From contig JAJRWF010000148.1 of assembly GCA_024276905.1 (NCBI GenBank), positions 9,821 through 73,820 on the forward strand: DNA of 64,000 nucleotides, in the 5' to 3' direction. The position numbers and the translations under genes are program-made. Positions 57,075 through 64,000 of the stretch are shown here, piece by piece; position 1 is the stretch's first letter, and every line of letters begins with the position of its first letter. The notes under the pieces are model-generated. The model worked only from the letters and a program-made list of their open reading frames with translations. It was not told the origin of the DNA and did not search any database. The stretch is from Deltaproteobacteria bacterium (GTDB taxonomy: Bacteria > Desulfobacterota > Desulfuromonadia > Desulfuromonadales > Geopsychrobacteraceae).

Positions 57075-57329
57075 ATGAAAAAACGTGATATTCTGGTACT
57101 GATCGGAGGACTGATCATCATTGCAATCCTCTGGATGGCCCCGGAAGAGACGACCAAACATCTCCCCAAAGATGAAATCCATTCGAAATTTTACCCCCTG
57201 GTACAGAAAGAGGGGAAAAAAGCCGCCGAGAAATTCTGCCAGAACTGCCATAACAAAAACCAGATTCCCTTTCCGGCGGACCACCCTCCGAAATTTCGCT
57301 GTATCTTCTGTCACAAACTCGACAGCTGA
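57075..57329 (+). CDS. membrane-anchored diheme c-type cytochrome
   Basis: AAGGAG precedes the ATG at 57075. MKKRDILVLIGGLIIIAILW anchor, then CQNCH and CIFCH. Confidence 0.75.
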   Translation: MKKRDILVLIGGLIIIAILWMAPEETTKHLPKDEIHSKFYPLVQKEGKKAAEKFCQNCHNKNQIPFPADHPPKFRCIFCHKLDS

Positions 57330-57376
57330 TCCTCTGCACAAGACCTGATATTCGCTTCGAGCCGCCAAAAAACCAA

Positions 57377-57411
57377 AAAAGGCCGTCACCCATCAAAGGT
57401 GACGGCCTTTT
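57377..57411 (+). terminator. rho-independent terminator after the diheme cytochrome gene
   Basis: AAAAGGCCGTCACC-7 nt-GGTGACGGCCTTTT. Confidence 0.8.
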
Positions 57412-57731
57412 ACTCGGCCTTCCAGCCCACCTAAACCACCTGAAACAAAAGAGATTTACTTTTAATGAGGATCAAAACACAGCGCGGCACTCCTTTTGCA
57501 ATAACTGCTATTTATCAATCTGTCTCTTGTTGACCGGCATTAATTTCCCGGCCTGAATGGATTTCACAAATACGCCATGCCTCTATCATCGCGACAGAAA
57601 AACCGCAGCACCCTCGATTACCTGCTTTACATTATGGCAGGTGCTGTTATCGGCACACTCTGCTTCAGCGCTCTGCTCTGGCTGACGTTCTGACATCAAC
57701 ACCGCCCACGGTCACGGAACGGGGCAAAAAA

Positions 57732-57758
57732 AAGCCGCAACACTAAGGTTGCGGCTTC
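57732..57758 (-). terminator. terminator after nrdG
   Basis: AAGCCGCAAC-7 nt-GTTGCGGCTT, followed on the minus strand by a T8 run. Confidence 0.75.
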
Positions 57759-57800
57759 AAAAATCCCTCCCGGATATTGCATTTTAAAACCCGTACACAA

Positions 57801-58493
57801 CTACCAGCCACGACCCTCGACCCTCTGCGCATAGGGTTCGGCCACCCGTTGCAACCGAACAAACTCTGCGGCAGGATAAGCCTGCAACGGTGCTTCACCC
57901 AGCATTTCCTGGCGCGGAATAAACTGCTGCAACACCCAGCGCCGAGCCCCGGATATCTGCGCACCAATCGCCACCAGCTCGGCCTCATCAACCAGGCCCG
58001 GCACACAGGTTGTACGAAATTCATAATCCGGCGCAACGGCAATCGCCAAACGACAACTCTCCATAAGGGCACCGATATCAACCGGGCGATCATAAAGCTC
58101 CGCATAGCGTGCCGGCGCGGTCTTGAGATCTATCGCCAGATAATCAACCAGTCCGCGTTCCAGAAATCGTTCCAGAACCCGGGGCAACAAACCGTTAGTG
58201 TCAAGCTTGACCTGCAGCCCCAATCCCTTGATCCGTTTCAGAAAATCTTCCAGCCCGGCCGCCAGGGTTGGCTCGCCACCGGAAACAACGACGCCATCAA
58301 TGAAGGTACTGCGTTGTTTTAAATCTACGAACAACTCCTCAAGCGGATAATCAGGGTACTGGTCAGGATCGAGAACCAGCCCGGGATTGTGGCAGAAGGA
58401 ACAGCTGAGGTTGCAGCCCCCGGTAAAAACCAGCGAGGCAACGCGGCCGGGAAAATCGAGCAAACTGGTGCCCTGAAAACCTTTAACGCGCAC
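57801..58493 (-). CDS. nrdG: anaerobic ribonucleoside-triphosphate reductase activating protein (radical SAM)
   Basis: GGCNLSCSFCHNP radical-SAM cluster. GTG start at 58493. Located downstream of nrdD. Confidence 0.9.
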   Translation of the reverse strand: MRVKGFQGTSLLDFPGRVASLVFTGGCNLSCSFCHNPGLVLDPDQYPDYPLEELFVDLKQRSTFIDGVVVSGGEPTLAAGLEDFLKRIKGLGLQVKLDTNGLLPRVLERFLERGLVDYLAIDLKTAPARYAELYDRPVDIGALMESCRLAIAVAPDYEFRTTCVPGLVDEAELVAIGAQISGARRWVLQQFIPRQEMLGEAPLQAYPAAEFVRLQRVAEPYAQRVEGRGW

Positions 58494-58498
58494 CCTGT

Positions 58499-58642
58499 TC
58501 AGTCTTTTCTCTCCCCGGCAACAACATATTCCGAGCGATCACGAAACTCTTCTTTCTTGCCGCGGTTCCACTGTTGAACCGGACGAAAAAATCCACAAAC
58601 ACGTGAATAAACTTCGGTTTTTGCATCACATTTGGTCGCCAT
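58499..58642 (-). CDS. 47-aa stand-alone glycyl-radical tail of class III RNR
   Basis: AGGAGG lies 8 nt before the ATG at 58642. MATKCDAKTEVYSRVCGFFRPVQQWNRGKKEEFRDRSEYVVAGERKD carries the RVCGF(Y) glycyl-radical motif normally at the NrdD C-terminus. Too short for the ORF track. Confidence 0.75.
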   Translation of the reverse strand: MATKCDAKTEVYSRVCGFFRPVQQWNRGKKEEFRDRSEYVVAGERKD

Positions 58643-58765
58643 AGTTGATACCTCCTGTATTCATAAGGGGTGAAGAGTGAGGGGAGAGGTGAGAAAGGAC
58701 AAACTCCTTACAGCACCCACCTTACACCTCACGGCATATCAAGCCGCCTGTCCATCCTGGTGGTG
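58634..58765. repeat. 132-nt in-frame insertion carrying a palindromic heptad element that splits nrdD
   Basis: It lies between ...FSCP and KCDAKTEVY. It contains the stop TGA (58739), inverted heptad arrays (GGTGAAGAGTGAGGGGAGAGGTGAG / CTCCTTACAGCACCCACCTTACACCTCACGG), and an AGGAGG plus ATG. The boundaries are inferred. Confidence 0.5.
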
Positions 58766-60727
58766 TGGACAGGAAAAATGCTCACCACTGATATATCCGT
58801 GCTCCGGACAGATCGTAAATGTTGGACTCAGGGTGAAATAAGGCAGGTGGAAATTTTCGGCAATCCTGCGCACCAGCAGACGTGCACTGCGCCAGTCCTC
58901 CAACCGCTCGCCGAGGAAACCGTGGAAGACCGTACCTCCGGTATAAAGTGTCTGCAGAGCGTCCTGATGCTGCAAGGCCGAAAAAATGTCCTCGGTCGTC
59001 CCGACCGGCAACTGGGTCGAATTGGTGTAGTAGGGCTCATCGCTGCCGGCAGTGACAATGTCGGGGAATCGCTTGCGGTCACGGTTGGCCAACCGATAGC
59101 TGGTCCCCTCAGCCGGCGTGGCCTCCAGATTATAAAGATGGCCGGTTTCTTCCTGAAAAGCCTCGAGTTGCTTGCGCATGAAATCGAGTGTTGCTTTGGA
59201 CAGCGACTGCCCCTCGTCACTGTCGATACCGGTACCGATCAGGTTGAGAGAAGCCTCATTCATCCCGATCAGACCAATGGTCGAAAAATGATTGTCCCAG
59301 AAGTGCCCTGTACGCTCACGGATACCGGAAAGATAAAACTTGCTGAACGGATAGAGTCCATCTTCGGTAAAGCGTTCAAGCTGTTTACGTTTGAGCTCCA
59401 GGGACTCAAATGCAAGTTTCATCATGCGCCCGATTCGCTCAAAAAAATCGGTCATGCTGTCGGCAATATAGGCCGCACGCGGCAGATTGATAGTGACCAC
59501 ACCGATCGAACCGGTCAGTGGATTCGAGCCGAAAAGCCCGCCCCCGCGGCGGCGCAACTCACGGTTATCGAGCCGCAGACGACAACACATCGAACGTGCA
59601 TCCTCTGGATCCATATCAGAGTTCATGAAATTGCTGAAATAAGGGATTCCGTAACGTGCTGTCATCTCCCAGATCGGCTCGAATCGTGGATCTTCCCAAT
59701 CAAAACCGGCGGTAATATTGTAGGTTGGGATCGGAAAAGAAAAAATGCGTCCCGATGAATCACCATCCATCATGACCTCACAAAAAGCACGATTCAGCAG
59801 ATCCATCTCGGCCTGAAACTCTCCATAAGTCCGCTCCTGCAACTCACCGCCGATAACCACGGCCTCATTTGCCATATTATTCGGCACCATCATGTCCATG
59901 GTGATATTGGTGAACGGGGTCTGAAAGCCGACACGGGTCGGCACGTTCATATTGAAAACGAACTCCTGCAGACACTGCTTGATTTCAGGATAGGTAAGGC
60001 CGTCATAGGCAATAAAGGGCGCAAGCAGGGTATCGAAATTGGCAACAGCCTGGGCACCGGCGGCCTCTCCCTGCAAGGTATAAAAGAAGTTGACCGACTG
60101 TCCGAGCGCGGTACGGAAATGACGTGCCGGGCCACTCTGGACCTTGCCATAGGCACCGGTAAAGCCTTTGAGCAGCAGGTCTTTTAGATCCCAGCCACAA
60201 CAGTAAACCGACAACATCCCCAGATCGTGGATGTGGTAGTCCCCTTCACGATGGCCGTTGGCGACATCGGCGGGATAGATTTTGTTCAGCCAGTAATTGC
60301 TGGTAATGTTGGCGGCAATATGATTGTTGAGCCCCTGCAGTGAGTAGCCCATATTGGCATTTTCGTTGACTCGCCAATCCTCCTGCACCAGATAGGAATC
60401 GATCGCCTCGATCGATTCCTTCATGAACTCGCGCGTTTCACGCAGGCCTTCGCGCTGCTTACGATAAATTATGTAGGCTTTGGCGGTTTGTGCATGTCCA
60501 TTTTCGATCAGAATCTTTTCCACCAGATCCTGAACATTTTCAACCGTCGGCACCCGACCGTCCTTATAGAGGACACCGAGAATACCGCAGATTTGCCTGC
60601 TGATGTCCGCTGCCCGGGTAAAATCAGTCCCGCCGACAGCCTCTACAGCCTTAACAATGGCATAAGAGATCTTCTCTTCTTCGAATGGAACCAGACGGCC
60701 GTCGCGCTTGCGGATAAAATCAATCAT
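58739..60727 (-). CDS. nrdD: anaerobic ribonucleoside-triphosphate reductase, large fragment lacking the glycyl-radical tail
   Basis: GGAGGGAGG precedes the ATG at 60727 (MIDFIRKRDGRLVPFEEEKI is an ATP-cone; the track ORF extends to 60922). It ends ...ICPEHGYISGEHFSCPHHQDGQAA* inside the C-terminal Zn-ribbon. Confidence 0.9.
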   Translation of the reverse strand: MIDFIRKRDGRLVPFEEEKISYAIVKAVEAVGGTDFTRAADISRQICGILGVLYKDGRVPTVENVQDLVEKILIENGHAQTAKAYIIYRKQREGLRETREFMKESIEAIDSYLVQEDWRVNENANMGYSLQGLNNHIAANITSNYWLNKIYPADVANGHREGDYHIHDLGMLSVYCCGWDLKDLLLKGFTGAYGKVQSGPARHFRTALGQSVNFFYTLQGEAAGAQAVANFDTLLAPFIAYDGLTYPEIKQCLQEFVFNMNVPTRVGFQTPFTNITMDMMVPNNMANEAVVIGGELQERTYGEFQAEMDLLNRAFCEVMMDGDSSGRIFSFPIPTYNITAGFDWEDPRFEPIWEMTARYGIPYFSNFMNSDMDPEDARSMCCRLRLDNRELRRRGGGLFGSNPLTGSIGVVTINLPRAAYIADSMTDFFERIGRMMKLAFESLELKRKQLERFTEDGLYPFSKFYLSGIRERTGHFWDNHFSTIGLIGMNEASLNLIGTGIDSDEGQSLSKATLDFMRKQLEAFQEETGHLYNLEATPAEGTSYRLANRDRKRFPDIVTAGSDEPYYTNSTQLPVGTTEDIFSALQHQDALQTLYTGGTVFHGFLGERLEDWRSARLLVRRIAENFHLPYFTLSPTFTICPEHGYISGEHFSCPHHQDGQAA

Positions 60728-60916
60728 GTGCCTCCCTCCGGAGATGGCAGGATCTCCTGAAACCCGAACCCGGTACAAGTGCAGGCTCAGACTAAATACA
60801 AACAGAGACGATTGCCGCCTCATGAAAGACCATCGCCGGTGCATGGCAGAAACTGCAGCACCGTGACAGCTGGACAAAAATTTAACATGGTTTTGTTTTG
60901 GATGAAAAGGCCTAAA

Positions 60917-60963
60917 ACACAATATCTAGAGTTTTTTTTCGATTGATGCACTATATCTTGTTA
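60917..60963. promoter_or_regulatory. tandem NrdR boxes upstream of nrdD
   Basis: ACACAATATCTAGAGT matches 14/16 positions of acaCwAtATaTwGtgt, and GCACTATATCTTGTTA matches 12/16. The two boxes start 31 bp apart. Confidence 0.55.
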
Positions 60964-61094
60964 GGGGGTTGTGCGTAAGCTGTGGATCAAAATCCCTAAG
61001 TTTCGGTAAATACGCCAGGTTTCTTGTCGTCAATCAGTGACTGTGTTAAACAGGAGATTATCCTCATAAAAATACCATTCTCCAAGGAGCCTGC

Positions 61095-61514
61095 ATGGCC
61101 GATCTGACCCGCTTCGGAATCTCAATCGATGCTCGCCTGCTTGAACAGTTTGACCAACTGATCGACGGCAAGGGCTACAGCAACCGTTCCGAGGCCATTC
61201 GGGACCTGATTCGTGGCGCCCTTGTTGAACAACAGTGGGGCGACCTGGCGCGTGAAATCGTGGCAACAGTGACCCTGGTGTACGATCATCATACGCGTGA
61301 CCTGGCCGACAAATTGACCGAGCATCAGCACTCTCACCATCAAGAGATTATTTCGACCCTGCACATTCACCTCGACACCCACCACTGCCTTGAAGTTGTG
61401 GTCATCAAGGGACCGGCGGACCGGGTGCGCCGAATAGCCGATGAGCTGATCGGCACCAAGGGGGTCAAGCACGGCAAGCTGGTGGCGACAACGACGGGCC
61501 GGGATCTGGGATAG
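61095..61514 (+). CDS. nikR: nickel-responsive regulator NikR
   Basis: Ribbon-helix-helix N-terminus [35 protein letters not shown], plus a His-rich metal-binding domain (HHTRD...HQHSHHQE...HIHLD.HHC). Confidence 0.9.
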   Translation: MADLTRFGISIDARLLEQFDQLIDGKGYSNRSEAIRDLIRGALVEQQWGDLAREIVATVTLVYDHHTRDLADKLTEHQHSHHQEIISTLHIHLDTHHCLEVVVIKGPADRVRRIADELIGTKGVKHGKLVATTTGRDLG

Positions 61515-61583
61515 CGTTGGGCGTTGGGCGTTGGGCGTTGGGCGTTGGGCGTTGGGCGTTGGGCGTTGGGCGTTGGGCGTTGG
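61514..61583. repeat. perfect tandem heptamer array (GCGTTGG)x10
   Basis: Ten uninterrupted copies, starting on the last base of the nikR stop codon. Confidence 0.95.
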
Positions 61584-61620
61584 GAAGAATAGGTTGAGTC
61601 AGGTGTTGCTTCAACAAAAA

Positions 61621-61659
61621 AGAGCAGGTCCGGCTTACGCCGGACCTGCTCTTTTTTTC
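61621..61659. terminator. bidirectional rho-independent terminator
   Basis: AGAGCAGGTCCGGC-TTAC-GCCGGACCTGCTCT, flanked by A6 and T7, between convergent genes. Confidence 0.85.
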
Positions 61660-61680
61660 GTTGTAATGTCAGGTCTCTCG

Positions 61681-62574
61681 TTATCTGGCGCGCGTCAATC
61701 GATCCATCGCGGCCTTGAGGCTGACCCGCAAACGCTCCAGCACGTCGGCCAGCTGACCGATCTCGTCATCACTCTGTCTTTCGATCTTCTCATCAACCCG
61801 GCCATCGGCGAGGTTTGCGGCGATACGGGTCAATTTGGTCAAGGGTGCCAGCGCGCCGTTAACAATGATGAAAACCAGAATTGTCGACAGCAGCAGAATA
61901 CCGATCATAATCGCACTGAGCTTAACCGTCAGATCTGACTTGGCCTGCTGGGTCTTGTTCAGCGAGAAACCGATACGAAACCCGCCCCAGTGCTTGCCCT
62001 TGACCAAAATCGGGGAAGAGATATCCCACATCGTCTCACCGGTATCGCGGTGATAGACCTGGCGCAACAGCGGCTCCTTGTTTTGCGCGGCCCTGATCCC
62101 GACCGGATCGTTAAAGATGCGCTTGGTCCGGTTACCAACCAGGTCTTTCTGTTTGTCGCCGGTAATCGGCTTCTGATAACGGGTGTTATGGGTCGGCAGA
62201 TAGCCGTTACTATCAACTGCCACTGCAAAAACGACAGATTCATCCTGCAAAAACTCATCTTCCATGGCCAGAATCGCTTTGTCGAGATAGGAATCATACT
62301 TGGTATGATACTTCTCCGGCTCGAATCCGGGAATCGGCACATAGTTCTGGTCAAAGGCATCCTTGACCGAAAAAACTCCGTTATCAATCGCCTCATCCAT
62401 AACCTTGCCGATCAGCTTGGCCCCGACCAGTGCCTCGATCCGCCCCCGCTCGAGCAACTGGTTTTCCAGACTCTGTCCCTGCTGATCCACGATATACCAG
62501 GTACCGGCAGACATCACGACCAGCAGCACCAGATTGGCCATGACAGCCACCTTGACTCCAACTTTCTTAAACAC
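61681..62574 (-). CDS. membrane sensor: Cache-like periplasmic domain + TM + HAMP, with no output domain
   Basis: 297 aa. TM, then a periplasmic domain (...VFAVAVDSNGYLPTHNTRY...NRTKRIFNDPVG...HRDTGETMWDISSPI...GKHWGGFRIGF), TM, HAMP (PLTKLTRIAANLADGRVDEKI...DEIGQLADVLERL), then the stop. Confidence 0.75.
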   Translation of the reverse strand: MFKKVGVKVAVMANLVLLVVMSAGTWYIVDQQGQSLENQLLERGRIEALVGAKLIGKVMDEAIDNGVFSVKDAFDQNYVPIPGFEPEKYHTKYDSYLDKAILAMEDEFLQDESVVFAVAVDSNGYLPTHNTRYQKPITGDKQKDLVGNRTKRIFNDPVGIRAAQNKEPLLRQVYHRDTGETMWDISSPILVKGKHWGGFRIGFSLNKTQQAKSDLTVKLSAIMIGILLLSTILVFIIVNGALAPLTKLTRIAANLADGRVDEKIERQSDDEIGQLADVLERLRVSLKAAMDRLTRAR

Positions 62575-62615
62575 GTTTGACCTCCTGGAATTTCGAGCAA
62601 ATAAAGCGGCAGAAT

Positions 62616-63203
62616 CTACTTCTGCCGGTAGCCGATCCGGACTGCACCCCAGTGGCGGTTCTGGATTATGATCGGCACGGATAGATCACTCATCACTTCA
62701 CCGGTGTCCCGGCTGTAACGTTGCAGCAAAAAAGGTTTTTTATTGCGGGCCGCGGCCAGACCGGTCCGGTCACTGAAAAGCCGCTTGGTCCGATTCCACT
62801 TGGTATCGGCATCACCAACCCCGGTCAGCGGGCGCGAATATCGGCTGTTGTGCGTCGGCAGGTAACCATTGCTATCGACCGGCACGACAAAAACCAGGCG
62901 TTTATCCAGCGCAAGATATTTATCGATAATCGGTCGCAGCACTCCGTCAGTCACACGATCATACTGGGTGTGAAATTTCTGAGGCGAGGTATCGGGAATC
63001 GGGATATAGAAGGTGTCAAAAAGCTGGGGCACCGAAAGCTTTCCCGAGGTCAACAAGAGATTGAATTGGCCCTTGATCTCATCCCGACAGGACTCGGCCC
63101 AATGCCTGACTTTCTGATCAAAGGCGTCAAGTTCAACCGCCTGCGACGGGGCGGGCAGCAGCAGCACGAACAGCACCAACAAATGGATCAAGCGCATGAG
63201 CAT
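62616..63203 (-). CDS. secreted stand-alone paralog of the Cache-like sensor domain
   Basis: Signal peptide MLMRLIHLLVLFVLLLPAPSQA. ...VFVVPVDSNGYLPTHNSRY...NRTKRLFSDRTG...SRDTGEVMSDLSVPI...NRHWGAVRIGY parallels 61681..62574. Confidence 0.7.
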   Translation of the reverse strand: MLMRLIHLLVLFVLLLPAPSQAVELDAFDQKVRHWAESCRDEIKGQFNLLLTSGKLSVPQLFDTFYIPIPDTSPQKFHTQYDRVTDGVLRPIIDKYLALDKRLVFVVPVDSNGYLPTHNSRYSRPLTGVGDADTKWNRTKRLFSDRTGLAAARNKKPFLLQRYSRDTGEVMSDLSVPIIIQNRHWGAVRIGYRQK

Positions 63204-63260
63204 CTTCCTCCCTGAACAGCAGCCAAACCTACAAACCTCACCCTGTTTCCCACAATGAGG

Positions 63261-63620
63261 CTAACCTTCTTCCGGCGGGCTACCGGTCGTCACTCGACCG
63301 ATCAACCTCAACACCGCCTGCAACATATCGGGCACATAGCATTCCGGTGTCTGCAACACCCCGAGATAAAATTTGTCAATTGGGAACAGATGAAAGTGCT
63401 GTTTCCCGTCACGATTAAAACTCAGATACCGGCAGTAGCTGAAACCGACTTTATCCATGATTTCACGTGCAGAGGTCCCCCCGAGAATCATCAGGGTCGC
63501 ATAAAGATCCGGATCCTCCAGACTCCGACCAACAATTTCGCCATCCTCTCTGATCAGGACACAACCTGACACGCCATCTATTTCACCGATCCGCGCTACA
63601 AATTCCTTGGCTGTTGCCAT
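63261..63620 (-). CDS. Roadblock/LC7 (MglB-like) domain protein
   Basis: 119 aa. ...IDGVSGCVLIREDGEIVGRSL...ATLMILGG... fits the Roadblock/LC7 pattern. Confidence 0.6.
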   Translation of the reverse strand: MATAKEFVARIGEIDGVSGCVLIREDGEIVGRSLEDPDLYATLMILGGTSAREIMDKVGFSYCRYLSFNRDGKQHFHLFPIDKFYLGVLQTPECYVPDMLQAVLRLIGRVTTGSPPEEG

Positions 63621-63632
63621 ATCCCCCTCCCT

Positions 63633-63959
63633 TTATGCCTGCAGCAACGGCGCTGTCAGAGATTCAAAGGTTGCAATCTTGTCCGGATCACCGATCTCCC
63701 GATTGAGCATCTCTATCAACTCCGGCAGTCGTGCGGCTGTTGCCCCCTGCTGTGCCCACTCCTGCTGGATTTCATCGAAAATGATCCCGGCCATCGGTCC
63801 GAGAACCTTGGCCAACAGGGTCTTCAGTTCGGTGATGATCGGCTCAAGTTCTGCCCCGACGGACAGGCTCTCCGAAAGCGTTGCGGTTGAAGCTGTTACC
63901 TGCTGAGCCTCCGGTTGATCACGCAGTTCTTCCTGCAGCAGATTAAGCGACATGGTCAA
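63633..63959 (-). CDS. hypothetical protein
   Basis: 108-aa ORF, 12 nt upstream of the Roadblock gene. Helical and acidic. No family recognised. Confidence 0.45.
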   Translation of the reverse strand: MTMSLNLLQEELRDQPEAQQVTASTATLSESLSVGAELEPIITELKTLLAKVLGPMAGIIFDEIQQEWAQQGATAARLPELIEMLNREIGDPDKIATFESLTAPLLQA

Positions 63960-64000
63960 CAGGTTGTGATTAAAGGATGGATCACAAATAGCAAAAACCG

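Noticed and set aside
57577-57693. 38-codon ORF MPLSSRQKNRSTLDYLLYIMAGAVIGTLCFSALLWLTF (one TM helix)
   Set aside because: It has no recognisable SD and no paralog or conservation evidence within the window. I keep it only as a note and do not call it as a feature.
58634-58765. Group I intron or intein splitting nrdD (as in phage T4 nrdD or archaeal RNR inteins)
   Set aside because: At 132 nt it is far too short for either. It contains two in-frame stops and its own SD/ATG, and it is made of the local heptad palindrome.
58670-59758. 362-aa plus-strand ORF; also 23410..24312 (-) and 24218..25105 (+)
   Set aside because: They are antisense to, or out of frame with, nrdD, the GGDEF gene and the DUF362 gene respectively. 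There is no independent support for any of them.
61514-61583. Possible CRISPR array
   Set aside because: These are contiguous 7-nt units with no spacers, and there are no cas genes. It is a microsatellite-type tandem repeat.
61531-61938. ORF beginning [18 protein letters not shown]
   Set aside because: Its N-terminus is simply the (GCGTTGG)10 array translated, and the remainder is antisense to the HAMP sensor gene.
1-64000. Prophage, integrative element or defence island
   Set aside because: I recognised no integrase, transposase, phage structural, restriction-modification, toxin-antitoxin or cas genes on either strand.

Overview
This 64-kb chromosomal window looks like a Desulfuromonadales/Geobacter-type deltaproteobacterium. 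That assignment is an inference from gene content: CX4CH...CXXCH and paired-CXXCH multiheme cytochromes, sigma-54/two-component genes, and a UxxC selenoprotein. I saw no rRNA, tRNA, CRISPR, transposase or integrase genes.

**1-29 kb.** A secreted-protein operon (PASTA protein, CsgG-like protein), a LuxR-type two-component pair, a rubredoxin/NIR-SIR pair, a quinone oxidoreductase with an in-frame stop, argO/argP, LysE and MFS transporters, plsC, usp, pgi, cvfB, a TGA-containing peroxiredoxin-like gene, Rrf2-larE, a nuclease, MscS, GGDEF-PilZ, DUF362 and a ResB-like gene.

**29.4-53.5 kb, the stand-out locus.** A heme-motif sensor kinase and an NtrC-type sigma-54 activator sit upstream of a -24/-12 promoter. 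The operon behind it encodes an NHL/PEGA/FG-GAP protein, a tetraheme cytochrome, a 2749-aa cytochrome (about 70 heme motifs), a 2330-aa adhesin-cytochrome fusion (about 24 motifs) and an 18-codon ORF. A second copy of that 18-codon ORF plus its terminator lies 1.8 kb away with its own sigma-54-like promoter.

**53.5-64 kb.** A pseudopilin-like gene, GerMN, murI, a diheme cytochrome, nrdG, a class III RNR whose glycyl-radical tail is a separate 47-codon ORF behind a 132-nt palindromic heptad element, nikR, a perfect (GCGTTGG)10 array, and a HAMP/Cache/Roadblock cluster.

All calls rest on reading the sequence and translations by eye. No database searches were run.
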